From the IMG/VR virus record IMGVR_UViG_3300050821_006485, positions 1-64,000 of that record: a stretch of DNA of 64,000 nucleotides. One strand, given 5' to 3'. The notes below the pieces were generated by a model that had not been told where the DNA came from, did not search any database, and saw only the letters and a list, made by a program, of their open reading frames with translations. This document shows positions 9,193 through 17,634 of the stretch, piece after piece. This DNA comes from a virus. Within the stretch, counting starts at the first letter, position 1. Every line of letters starts with the position of its first letter. The position numbers were made by a program, and so were the translations under genes.

Positions 9193-11660
9193 TCTCCAAT
9201 TTTGTACGAACTTTCCATAACGACTTTATGCATAACCTGGGCGGCAGCCCGCTTGAATGCGTCCTTAGCTAATTCTGCTGGTATATTTCCAAAACGCTTA
9301 GGATATTCGATCTGCAACTCATCGTGGACCATTGATAAAACCCTTGCTTTATACTTTGGCAGAGTATGCCAAAGGTACGGCACTCCATCTCTATCAAAGC
9401 CACAAGAAAGCGCAAGTTTCACGATTGAGCAATTTGTCCCCTGTGCGGGCATGTTGCGCCCCTGCCTTTCTAACCCACCCATTAGCGCCCTTACCGCATA
9501 ATTTATGTCAGATTTGTTAATGGGCCTATGAGATAACTGCCACAGTTCCTCTTTTCGCGGCTCCCGTAAATTCTTGGCTTTGAAGGAAAATAAATTCTGC
9601 TTTACAACCTCATCTGGCAGCCTTAACTTTTCCTCTCTCTCAGATTTGAACCAGTCCTCCGCCTTTTTTTGGCTGGGATGTGGCAGTATCCGCCTCCTGC
9701 CGAACATATCCCTAGCTTCCCCCTGCTCCCTCGCTTCCCGTCCCGCCTGCTCCAAGAACTTCCACACGTCAGGGAAGGCGGCCTCGTGCTTCTGCATTAG
9801 TACCTTGGCATTCTCTATGGATATGCCAAGCGCGTCAGCAAGTGCTGGTGGCCCACCCCCATAGGCAATCAGGAAATTAATTTCCTTAGTTTGTTGCCGC
9901 AGTTCTATGTGCCCCGGACATTCGCATTTCGCGTGCTTAGGTTTCCCATCAACAAGTGCGTAGTAAGCGCACGAAGCGAGTGCCAAGGATGGCCACTTAT
10001 CTGGCCAAAGTATTTCTGTACTGACGCTATGAATATCTGCGCCGGAATTAAAGGCATCAATCCAACTCTTTGCCTCGGAGAGGTCAGCAATAATGCGGAG
10101 TTCGCAGCCCTCTAAGTCAATGGTCGCAATTACATAACCTTCCGGCGCATCTTCGTCAGCTTCTCTTGCAATGAAGCACGATCTAATTTCTTCAATCAAC
10201 GGCAAATTCTGTCCGTTGGGTTTTGACGAAGAAGTCCTCCCGGTCTCCGCTTCGTACTGATTCCACTGACAGTGCAATCTCCCATCCCACGGATGCAAGA
10301 ATCCCTGTTCTTTGCATGGATGATCCTGCCACTTGCGGCACCACGATTCTCCGTAGGTCGATAATTGCTTGCTGTTTAGCCTGTACTTACGAAGTTCTTG
10401 AATAAGAGGGTTATCGTTATAGATCAACAACGCGTCATCGGCAGCGCTTTCAAGCTTTATACCTTTTATTTTATTGAGAGCAGAAATTAACTGGTCATTC
10501 GAGGAATAATTGATATACGCTTCGCCTTCGCAGCGCTCCAAATTTTTAACTACATCTGTTCTCTTCTTACTCAATTCGGAATATTGCTTTCTTGCGTCTG
10601 CCTTTTTTACCTTTCTCTTATTCTCCAATGCCTTTAGTTCTACACCTAGCACTGATTTCTTAATCTTGTCTTTTTCTAACCTCTTCTTTGCAGCCAACTC
10701 TTTTTCTTCAGCAGTAGCCTCCTCGAATCCTTCTCTCCATATTTTTTCTCTACGGGAAAGTTCTTCTTCGTCAATCTGCGAGTCTTTGCGACCAACCAAG
10801 GGGATGAAACCTCGGTCTAAAATTTTTAGTGCTTCTACCCTCTGTGCTTTTAAATTATCAAGTCTCTTCAACCACTTTTCTGTATCTAATCTCTGCCCAT
10901 TCAAAAAAATATCTGAAAACGCTACGAGAGAATCATTCTCTATTTGTGCAATCGTAGCAAGTTGTGCACTAGAAAGTGTTCTCATTTGCATCAGACGAAC
11001 AGCAAGTGGAAGCCTAATATCTAGCGCGGCGTATTCGAGCTGCGCCGTAGTAAGCGCCGAGGAAAGGTCGAATGATACCTGTAATTCCTTACTAATCTGC
11101 TTACGAAAGTATCTCCTGAAAATAGCTTCTAGCGAATACTCATCATACTTCTTTAGTGAGATAGCCCCTGCCTGTATGGCCCTTTCAACCAAATCTATGG
11201 AATATAAGTGCCAGATTCTTTTACCAAAATTCCATCTGAGAGTTTCATACTCGAACTGCAAAAACTGCCCGACCTTAACCGCCGCATTGGAGCAGATTAG
11301 AGGCTCTAAGATATCAAATATTGGTTTGTAAACTTCCCCATTATTCTGCCCATAAAACCCTTGTGTACTTACTAACTTTTCCGCCGTCTCGGCAAACGCT
11401 AAAAAATCTATGACGAATTGAACGTCACGGTCTCCTACTTGCGCCGTTCTTACCCTGCGCGGTACCCAATCCTGCACTACATTAGTTTCCAAATCGAGCC
11501 CAAACACTTCTGGTTTCCGATCCGCCCACTTCTTCAGCTCCGCTAGCCCCGCCCCGTCCTGGACCAGAACGATATTTAGCGGTGGGGAGAGACTAGCAAT
11601 GTCAAGCACTGGGTACTGCACGGCATCTGCCAAGTTATAACCTCCACTTCTGCCTGGCAT
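9177..11660 (-). CDS. polA: DNA polymerase, family A, with 3'-5' exonuclease
   Basis: Exo I DLET, Exo III YAALD, TGRTSS, motif A DLEGCELR, motif B RQQTKEINF (Phe at the 762-equivalent position), motif C VHDE. The true start may be TTG 11633 after GGAGG. Confidence 0.95.
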   Translation of the reverse strand: MPGRSGGYNLADAVQYPVLDIASLSPPLNIVLVQDGAGLAELKKWADRKPEVFGLDLETNVVQDWVPRRVRTAQVGDRDVQFVIDFLAFAETAEKLVSTQGFYGQNNGEVYKPIFDILEPLICSNAAVKVGQFLQFEYETLRWNFGKRIWHLYSIDLVERAIQAGAISLKKYDEYSLEAIFRRYFRKQISKELQVSFDLSSALTTAQLEYAALDIRLPLAVRLMQMRTLSSAQLATIAQIENDSLVAFSDIFLNGQRLDTEKWLKRLDNLKAQRVEALKILDRGFIPLVGRKDSQIDEEELSRREKIWREGFEEATAEEKELAAKKRLEKDKIKKSVLGVELKALENKRKVKKADARKQYSELSKKRTDVVKNLERCEGEAYINYSSNDQLISALNKIKGIKLESAADDALLIYNDNPLIQELRKYRLNSKQLSTYGESWCRKWQDHPCKEQGFLHPWDGRLHCQWNQYEAETGRTSSSKPNGQNLPLIEEIRSCFIAREADEDAPEGYVIATIDLEGCELRIIADLSEAKSWIDAFNSGADIHSVSTEILWPDKWPSLALASCAYYALVDGKPKHAKCECPGHIELRQQTKEINFLIAYGGGPPALADALGISIENAKVLMQKHEAAFPDVWKFLEQAGREAREQGEARDMFGRRRILPHPSQKKAEDWFKSEREEKLRLPDEVVKQNLFSFKAKNLREPRKEELWQLSHRPINKSDINYAVRALMGGLERQGRNMPAQGTNCSIVKLALSCGFDRDGVPYLWHTLPKYKARVLSMVHDELQIEYPKRFGNIPAELAKDAFKRAAAQVMHKVVMESSYKIGDCWKK

Positions 11661-11734
11661 CCGCTAGGCACTCGCTATGCTTTCGTTTATCTTTTCTCTA
11701 AGTTTGCATTCGCTAGGCACTCGCTTTGCATTTG

Positions 11735-12064
11735 CTAGGCGCGTGCCGTTTCTGTGCTTCTTTCCAACACCCCTTCTGCCACAAGAACATCGCACCGCAG
11801 GCCGATTCCACCGTTGTCTTTGTCAAACCATTCACAGGCGACCTTGCCACCTTGGAAGATGCCGTTTTGGCGGCAACGTTGTGCCCGTTCACGCACAAAA
11901 TTCTTTGGGTAGCCGGTGAATTTAACTAAGCGATTTATGTTTGCTCCCACCTGAAGTGCAGAAAGTAAAAGTACCGCTGTTTTAAAACTAGAATCCTCAG
12001 ATTTAATCTTGGGATCAAGGCGATGTACTGCGTTCTCTAAAAATTTTAGAGTCAACTTCTTCAT
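11735..12064 (-). CDS. hypothetical protein
   Basis: SD GGGGAG before MKKLTLK. Confidence 0.6.
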   Translation of the reverse strand: MKKLTLKFLENAVHRLDPKIKSEDSSFKTAVLLLSALQVGANINRLVKFTGYPKNFVRERAQRCRQNGIFQGGKVACEWFDKDNGGIGLRCDVLVAEGVLERSTETARA

Positions 12065-12396
12065 TTTATCTCCCCGTATAATGTACGTTTCCAAATCTCG
12101 GCCACGTGTTTTTATGTTACCCTATTACCCAAGCACATGTCAAGGACAATTCTATGTGTGACTAGTAGTCATTCTATTTTTATTTGTAGCGTTTTTGAGT
12201 ACATGTCAACGTTGTCCAAGACTTCTCGCCTGATTCTATCGGCGGTAATCAGAAATTCTTCTGATCCTGGGGTTGCGTAGTTGTCTTTCCTGCTTAGAAA
12301 ATCCACAAAATCATCTAGCCTGACTTCAATCATAGCATCTCCTCAATTCTGCCTAGCACACCCTTGGTATTCGCACAGAGATTAGCCAGGCGAGTG

Positions 12397-12723
12397 CTAG
12401 GCATTGCACCAACACCAGTCTATGTCTCCTGCCGCATCGCATACTATTTCCTGACATCCGGTAGTAGAGTGCTTGGACAGTAAGTGCTTGCAGGCCGTGC
12501 ACCGAGGGCCGGTTTTTGATTTTTTAGAAATTATTTTCTTTTTGGAAAATCCATACGTTCCGTTATCGTTCCTCCATCCGGCCAAATACGCTTTCCAATC
12601 GTTTTCTGTACGTTCACAGAAATATTCCCCATTTGCTGCCTTCTCGAATTTATATTGTAGATGGCGGGAACCAGATTTTGCCCACTCCTCGAACACCTCG
12701 TTTATTGCTTCCTCTATTTTCAT
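12397..12723 (-). CDS. hypothetical protein with Cys-rich C-terminus
   Basis: SD AGGAG; CTACKH...C...C...WC. Confidence 0.6.
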   Translation of the reverse strand: MKIEEAINEVFEEWAKSGSRHLQYKFEKAANGEYFCERTENDWKAYLAGWRNDNGTYGFSKKKIISKKSKTGPRCTACKHLLSKHSTTGCQEIVCDAAGDIDWCWCNA

Positions 12724-12731
12724 ATTCTCCT

Positions 12732-12761
12732 ATCTGCGCCTCCCGACGGCGCACATATTTT
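12732..12761. repeat. 30-bp direct repeat, copy 1 (copy 2 at 13967-13996)
   Basis: ATCTGCGCCTCCCGACGGCGCACATATTTT is identical at both sites. Confidence 0.85.
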
Positions 12762-12969
12762 AAGCATTCAAATGGCTGTCAAATTCTTCTCCGACATCTC
12801 TCCAAGTATGGTTTCCCATGCTCGATTCCCACCCGCAAAGGCATTCAATCCAAGGAGTTTGCGGCCATGTCATATTACTGTATCCAGCAATTGCAGGGCC
12901 ATGCGGTTTTTCTTCTTCAAGTTCAGTATTTTCTGTCATATTTTCTCCTGTCCGTACGCCCGTACGCCT

Positions 12970-13227
12970 CTAAACCCGGCCACGTGTTTTGAAACCCCTA
13001 CTGTTCCACCTTCTGCTTCTAGTCTCTAACTTCTTCAATTCTAATCGAATTCTAGCTTCTTCTGCCTTACAGAACACGAACTGTAAATCCGCTAGTGATT
13101 CGCCTGGTTCTCCGCTTGGAAAACTTAGCGTTTGCTTAAGGGTGTTTGCTTGGTTAACCCAATGGGAGAGTTGCTGGCTTAAAATAAATCTTTTCTTAGA
13201 GATTTGCTTAGCAGTCATTTTAACCAT
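12970..13227 (-). CDS. hypothetical protein
   Basis: SD GGGAG; first gene after the leftward promoter. Confidence 0.55.
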   Translation of the reverse strand: MVKMTAKQISKKRFILSQQLSHWVNQANTLKQTLSFPSGEPGESLADLQFVFCKAEEARIRLELKKLETRSRRWNSRGFKTRGRV

Positions 13228-13308
13228 TTTTATAAAGTCTCCCTAAGTTGTTGATAATTTCTTCTTACTATTTGTTTAGTATATGCTTGGCGGAGGACCT
13301 TAATCTTA

Positions 13309-13337
13309 ATTCTATCATCTAAAAATTACTCTGTCAA
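13309..13337 (-). promoter_or_regulatory. sigma70-type promoter, leftward
   Basis: TTGACA-17-TAGAAT with extended -10 TG. Confidence 0.75.
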
Positions 13338-13380
13338 ATCTGCCTGTGGAAAATCTGTGGAAATTCCATGTATTTTATTC

Positions 13381-13409
13381 TTGAATTCCTTTAGAGTGCG
13401 TGGTATAAT
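13381..13409 (+). promoter_or_regulatory. sigma70-type promoter, rightward
   Basis: TTGAAT-17-TATAAT with extended -10 TG. Confidence 0.75.
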
Positions 13410-13420
13410 AGCATTAGAAA

Positions 13421-13711
13421 GTGAGGTTACCAATGAATTATTCCGAGCAATCCTGGTGGTCCGACTGTGTAAACAGGGGGATGTCAGGAAGTGTTAAACT
13501 GATTAAAGAATACCTGAAAGAAGTGGTAGAAGTCAACCGGGCAGACAAAAGAATGAAGGTAATTGATAGAAAAATAAGGGAGATGTCTATAGAGGAAAGG
13601 GCACTTAGGCGAAAAAGAATAAACCTACAACGAAAGGTTTTGGAGATCGGAAGCCCGCAGTGGGCCAAGGCTTTTGCAGAGGCAGCAGAATCCGCCGAAT
13701 TTAATAAGTAG
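13421..13711 (+). CDS. hypothetical coiled-coil protein
   Basis: Lies directly after the promoter; likely start ATG 13433 after GAGG. Confidence 0.6.
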   Translation: MRLPMNYSEQSWWSDCVNRGMSGSVKLIKEYLKEVVEVNRADKRMKVIDRKIREMSIEERALRRKRINLQRKVLEIGSPQWAKAFAEAAESAEFNK

Positions 13712-13759
13712 GTAATCTGCGCATAAGCCTATTTGTTTCAAATAATTAGGAGCAACCGC

Positions 13760-13788
13760 TTGACAGAGCAAGATTTATCTGTTAAACT
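13760..13788 (+). promoter_or_regulatory. sigma70-type promoter
   Basis: TTGACA-17-TAAACT with extended -10 TG. Confidence 0.7.
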
Positions 13789-13966
13789 ATAGATACTTAA
13801 TGTCAACTTTCCCTCCTTACAAGGGAAGAGGGTTGGTGCCTCTAACACTAACCCTCATATTTTCAACATCTTCAACACAGCCCCGCAATAGGGCAAATAC
13901 GGCTCGCGGCTTCGCCTGACTTTCCACATATCCTGCCGGGAAGGTCCCGAAGCCGCCCAGCCAACC

Positions 13967-13996
13967 ATCTGCGCCTCCCGACGGCGCACATATTTT
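13967..13996. repeat. 30-bp direct repeat, copy 2
   Basis: Identical to 12732-12761. Confidence 0.85.
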
Positions 13997-14044
13997 GCAA
14001 GGAGGTCTTGCTGTGAAACGTACACGTATACGCTGGAGAGGAAT

Positions 14045-14242
14045 TTGAAGAAAATTCTGGAAGTCTGGAACGCTCCAGAGACAGAGCTTCACGTTTCGCC
14101 GGAAGAATTCAGTTGGATGCGAGATAACTCGATTCTTCTACATGAAAGTCAGTTTGTAACTACTATTTACAATCGTTGGCAGAGACTGCGCAAGCTGCCG
14201 ACCGGCACAGAGATAAAAGTTGTGGCGCATTGGGACTGGTAG
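14045..14242 (+). CDS. hypothetical protein
   Basis: GGAGAGG upstream of TTG. Confidence 0.5.
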   Translation: MKKILEVWNAPETELHVSPEEFSWMRDNSILLHESQFVTTIYNRWQRLRKLPTGTEIKVVAHWDW

Positions 14243-14249
14243 TTTCTAC

Positions 14250-14278
14250 TTGACACGCTCCTAAGAATTTGCTATTAT
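14250..14278 (+). promoter_or_regulatory. sigma70-type promoter for the ncRNA/Ro60 unit
   Basis: TTGACA-17-TATTAT with extended -10 TG. Confidence 0.75.
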
Positions 14279-14289
14279 TTGAATTGTTA

Positions 14290-14436
14290 CTATGGAAGAA
14301 CGAACTCCGCAAGGGTTCGCATATTCCCCGTTAACTTGATGACGACTTGTCCAGAGGGTGGCCACCCTAAGTTGTCAGGAAGGCGGAAATTATAAGCGCC
14401 TATGGAAGGACAAGTTGGTCATGACAATTCCATAGG
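14290..14436 (+). ncRNA. unknown structured (bistable) RNA
   Basis: ORF-free, starts just after the promoter, and has two alternative sets of long helices (see findings). Confidence 0.45.
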
Positions 14437-14561
14437 CCGATAAATGAGCACCTACGCTTACCGTATTGGAGGCCCGTGGAAATCGGCCAGATTTTAATTT
14501 TGGGCTAATCTTTCAATAGATGTGCCTGGCAAACCGCCCGGCACGCCCAAGCGTATTCTAA

Positions 14562-14628
14562 ACTGTGATGGCGTTTGCGGTGAGTTACTTCTATGGTGAA
14601 AACACTCCCGCTATTTGTTCCTCACAGT
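14562..14628 (+). ncRNA. Y RNA-like 1 (minimal)
   Basis: ACTGTGA/TCACAGT closing stem, TGGCGTT / TTTGTTCC internal loop and TTACTTC motif, shared with the next two elements; upstream of Ro60. Confidence 0.7.
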
Positions 14629-14637
14629 AAGTTCAAG

Positions 14638-14724
14638 GCGTCCGTAGTGTATGGCGAGGGCTACTTCTTCCATAATAGAACCGCCCTTAAGTGGGCATAT
14701 CTCTTGCCGCTTGTTCTCGGATGC
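14638..14724 (+). ncRNA. Y RNA-like 2
   Basis: GCGTCCG/CGGATGC stem, TAGTGTA / CTTGTTCT loop, TGGCGAGGG/CTCTTGCCG stem, CTACTTC. Confidence 0.7.
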
Positions 14725-14737
14725 GAAGTTTTAAGAT

Positions 14738-14870
14738 TGTCGATGGTGTAGGACAGTGTTACTTCAATGCTAATGACGAGGTTGCGGGTTTGAGTCCCGT
14801 CGGATTCTTCGGAATCTGTAGCTCAATTGACTAGAGCGCGAAAATCTCACTGACCGTTTGTTCCTCGACA
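14738..14870 (+). ncRNA. yrlA: YrlA-type Y RNA with circularly permuted tRNA-like domain
   Basis: Same Ro-binding stem motifs. The distal domain has a T arm (GCGGG-TTTGAGT-CCCGT), an acceptor-like stem closed by TTCG (CGGATTC/GAATCTG) and a D arm (TA-GCTC-AATTGACTA-GAGC), in the T-acceptor-D order of YrlA. Confidence 0.85.
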
Positions 14871-14898
14871 TAAATTCAGCACTTACTCAGGAGGCTGT

Positions 14899-16296
14899 AT
14901 GGCAGGACTAAATGTAGCACGACGTAAATCCTCTCCGACGCTGCGTACAGCCGAAGGCGGATTAGCGGTAAAATCGACCAAAGGCCAGGCACTCGCTCGG
15001 CTAGTCAACGCGTGCTTGCTTTGGGAGGATAACTTCTACATTGACGGGCAGAGCGTAGCCGATTTGATCGCTAAGCTTGTCCACGAGGTTACTCCTGAAG
15101 TTGCGCAGACCATTGCCGTAAAGGCCCGTACGGAGCAGAAGCTTCGTCATGTGCCCTTGCTGGTTGCTAGGGAGATGGCGCGTGCATCTGTGGCTCATCG
15201 CCTACTTGTAGCTGATACGCTGGAACAGATTATTCAACGGCCAGACGAACTTTCTGAATTCCTTGCCATTTACTGGAAAGAAGGTAAGCAGCCCTTGTCC
15301 GCGCAAGTTAAGAAGGGATTAGCTCGCGCATTCACCAAGTTTTCCGCTTACAACCTTGCAAAATATAACCGAGACGCAGAAATCAAATTACGAGACGTGG
15401 CGTTTTTGTCTCATCCCGCGCCCAAGGACAAGGAGCAGGCTAAGACGTTTGCTCAGTTGGTCAATAAAGATCACTTTCCGAAGGCCCTAAAGTTAGGGAA
15501 ATTTTCCAAGTTGGAGACGCCGGATACGTGGGAAGTCGCGCTGTCCGCCGGTAAGGACAAAAAAGAAACATTTACTCGTCTTATTCAAGAAGAAAAGCTC
15601 GGCGCGTTGGCTTTGCTTCGCAATTTGCGAAACATGACCCAATCCGGGGTAGACGACGATGTAATCCGAGAAGCACTTGTTAGTGCGAACGCAGAAAAAG
15701 TTCTTCCATTTAGATTTATTGCAGCAGCAAAATACGGCCCTCAGTTCGAGTCAGAGCTTGAGCAGTCGATGTTCAAGTGTCTCAAAGACCACGAGAAACT
15801 TGAAGGAGAAACCGTCCTTCTGGTTGACGTTTCGGGCTCTATGGATGCGCCAATTTCTGCAAAGTCCGACTTACAGCGCTTGGATGCAGCCGTCGGTCTT
15901 GCAATGCTTCTGCGTGAAATTTGCGAGAAAGTAAAGGTATATAGTTTTTCTAACAAAGTCGCCGGGGTTCCGCCGCGCAGAGGTTTTGCTCTTGCTGAGG
16001 CGATTAAGTCGTCGCAGCCGCACATGGGAACAGCCCTAGGGGAAGCCGTGCGGGCCGTGGCGAGTGCCGAGCGGAACGCTGATCGAGTTATTGTTATTTC
16101 GGATGAACAAGCCGCAGATCGGGTAACTAATCCCTTTTCTAGAACCGGCAAGAAGGCATATATGGTCAACGTGGCAACCAACACGTACGGAGTTGCCTAC
16201 GGGGATGGCTGGAGCCGCGTAGACGGCTGGTCTGAATCCATTGTTAGTTACATTCTCGCGGAAGAAAATGAAGACGATTTAGATGACGACGAATAA
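14899..16296 (+). CDS. rsr: Ro60/Rsr TROVE-vWA RNA-binding protein
   Basis: TAEGG, LWEDNFY, QRPDEL, KKGLARAF..F..Y.LAKY, PDTWE, ALLRNLRN, VLPFRF and vWA DVSGSM. Confidence 0.95.
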   Translation: MAGLNVARRKSSPTLRTAEGGLAVKSTKGQALARLVNACLLWEDNFYIDGQSVADLIAKLVHEVTPEVAQTIAVKARTEQKLRHVPLLVAREMARASVAHRLLVADTLEQIIQRPDELSEFLAIYWKEGKQPLSAQVKKGLARAFTKFSAYNLAKYNRDAEIKLRDVAFLSHPAPKDKEQAKTFAQLVNKDHFPKALKLGKFSKLETPDTWEVALSAGKDKKETFTRLIQEEKLGALALLRNLRNMTQSGVDDDVIREALVSANAEKVLPFRFIAAAKYGPQFESELEQSMFKCLKDHEKLEGETVLLVDVSGSMDAPISAKSDLQRLDAAVGLAMLLREICEKVKVYSFSNKVAGVPPRRGFALAEAIKSSQPHMGTALGEAVRAVASAERNADRVIVISDEQAADRVTNPFSRTGKKAYMVNVATNTYGVAYGDGWSRVDGWSESIVSYILAEENEDDLDDDE

Positions 16297-16399
16297 TCTC
16301 ATCGGCTTGAGCACCTGAGTAAGAACCTGCGAGGGGTGCTCCAGCTTGAGCATAATACCCTAGCGTATTCTGTACGATTATTTAGGGAGTATTAAAGTT

Positions 16400-16518
16400 T
16401 GGGGAGAGGCGGAGATGTGGTCCGCGCAGCCCATGAGGGGCTGAGGACGTAGGTCAACCGGAGACGCAAGTCGGCAAGACATTACCTTCCGTTCAATAAC
16501 CACCTACCTTCCCAACCA
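16400..16518 (+). ncRNA. unknown 119-nt RNA with acceptor-like stem and ACCA end
   Basis: TGGGGAG/CTTCCCA 7-bp stem followed by ACCA then a T-run; internal multibranch helices; no T-loop. Confidence 0.45.
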
Positions 16519-16709
16519 TTTTTATGGAGAAGTGCGCCTTGAGCATTTCTTAAGGTTTCGGTACATGGCCCCGAGGCACCATAACTCATTTTGTTTCTTC
16601 GACTGTTGCAGTCAATTCAATAAATGCAGAAAAACATGTTCGGAAACAAATTTCCTGACAAGGAACGTGATAGAGGCCGCACGATACAAAACGGCCTCAC
16701 CTTTTTAAA

Positions 16710-16786
16710 GCGGGTTTGGTGTTTTAACGGCAGCATTTTGGTCTTCCAAACCAGTGGTATCGGTTCGATTCCGATAACCCGCTCCA
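16710..16786 (+). tRNA. tRNA-Gly(TCC)
   Basis: GCGGGTT/AACCCGC acceptor, CT-TCC-AA loop, T arm, TCCA. Confidence 0.9.
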
Positions 16787-16788
16787 AC

Positions 16789-16864
16789 ATTGGATTAAGA
16801 TAGCGGCTAATCGGCCCATCTCCAAAACGGTGGAACACTGGTTCGAGTCCAGTATCCTCTGCCA
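16789..16864 (+). tRNA. tRNA-Trp(CCA)-like, degenerate
   Basis: CT-CCA-AA loop, perfect T arm, GCCA end; mismatches at acceptor bp 2-3 and in the anticodon stem. Confidence 0.6.
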
Positions 16865-16870
16865 ATTTTT

Positions 16871-16947
16871 GCCCTTGTAGCTCAGCAGGCCAGAGCAGCA
16901 GTTTTGTAAACTGCGGGTCGGGAGTTCGATTCTCTCCTGGGGCTCCA
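16871..16947 (+). tRNA. tRNA-Thr(TGT)
   Basis: Cloverleaf with TT-TGT-AA loop and TCCA end. Confidence 0.9.
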
Positions 16948-16954
16948 ATTTTAT

Positions 16955-17026
16955 GGCGTGGAAGTGAATAGGATCACCTTTGGCTCATAATCAAAAAATC
17001 CGGTTCGAGTCCGTCGAACGCTACCA
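16955..17026 (+). tRNA. tRNA(CAT) Met/Ile2-like, degenerate
   Basis: TTTGG-CTCATAA-TCAAA arm, GGTTCGAGTCC, ACCA; mismatches at the acceptor/T-stem junction. Confidence 0.6.
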
Positions 17027-17048
17027 TTCTAAGTAAGGAAATTTTCAA

Positions 17049-17489
17049 ATGCTAAAGTTCCTTCGCGGGTTACTCGCGGTTATTCTTTTCTCTGCTCTCC
17101 CACTAATTGCTGAATCCGTGCACCAAGGCTCTGTGCAATCCGCCTTCCTTATCCAAGGTGGAACGTTGTTTACACTGACTAGTGGAGGACCATCCGGCCC
17201 ATGTTATTTAGGAAACGGCTTCTGCTGGGACAGCGGCAGTAAATTTATTTTGCACAAAGTTGGCGGTCTCGGCCTATGTTCCTCGGTGTGTAACTTCGAT
17301 GGGACAGTAGAGTCCGTACTAAACACCAGTCTAGGCGGTGTTTGTACACAGATCAGCTTTGAGATTTCTAATGCTACTTTACAGGTGAATAGTTCATACC
17401 GTACAGGACTCCACGCGTGGTACACACAAACGTCGTGCAGTTTGCCCAGTGTCTTTATGGGCGGCGGTAGTTTATTGGTTTATAGGTAA
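17049..17489 (+). CDS. secreted Cys-containing hypothetical protein
   Basis: Signal peptide; inserted within the tRNA cluster. Confidence 0.65.
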   Translation: MLKFLRGLLAVILFSALPLIAESVHQGSVQSAFLIQGGTLFTLTSGGPSGPCYLGNGFCWDSGSKFILHKVGGLGLCSSVCNFDGTVESVLNTSLGGVCTQISFEISNATLQVNSSYRTGLHAWYTQTSCSLPSVFMGGGSLLVYR

Positions 17490-17495
17490 AAGTTT

Positions 17496-17570
17496 TGGTC
17501 TCTAGCTCAACGGCAGAGCCCCGCACTGTTAATGCGACCGTTGTAGGTTCGAATCCTGCGGGACCAGCCA
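17496..17570 (+). tRNA. tRNA-Asn(GTT)
   Basis: Cloverleaf with CT-GTT-AA loop and GCCA end. Confidence 0.9.
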
Positions 17571-17634
17571 ATTGTTGTTAAATCTAACCGACTTTAAGCA
17601 CTAGGTTCCTAGTCGGTGAACCTTAAGGAGCAGT

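Noticed and set aside
10510-11331. Long antisense ORFs (also 3053-3610, 15741-16184 and poly-Pro 58123-58410)
   Set aside because: They are shadows of opposite-strand genes, most of them well supported.
16400-16518. tmRNA, SRP RNA or 5S rRNA
   Set aside because: No T-arm or G3.U70, no SRP domain IV motif, and no 5S consensus.
16617-16948. Minus-strand ORFs 16617-16865 and 16724-16948
   Set aside because: They are antisense shadows of tRNA genes.
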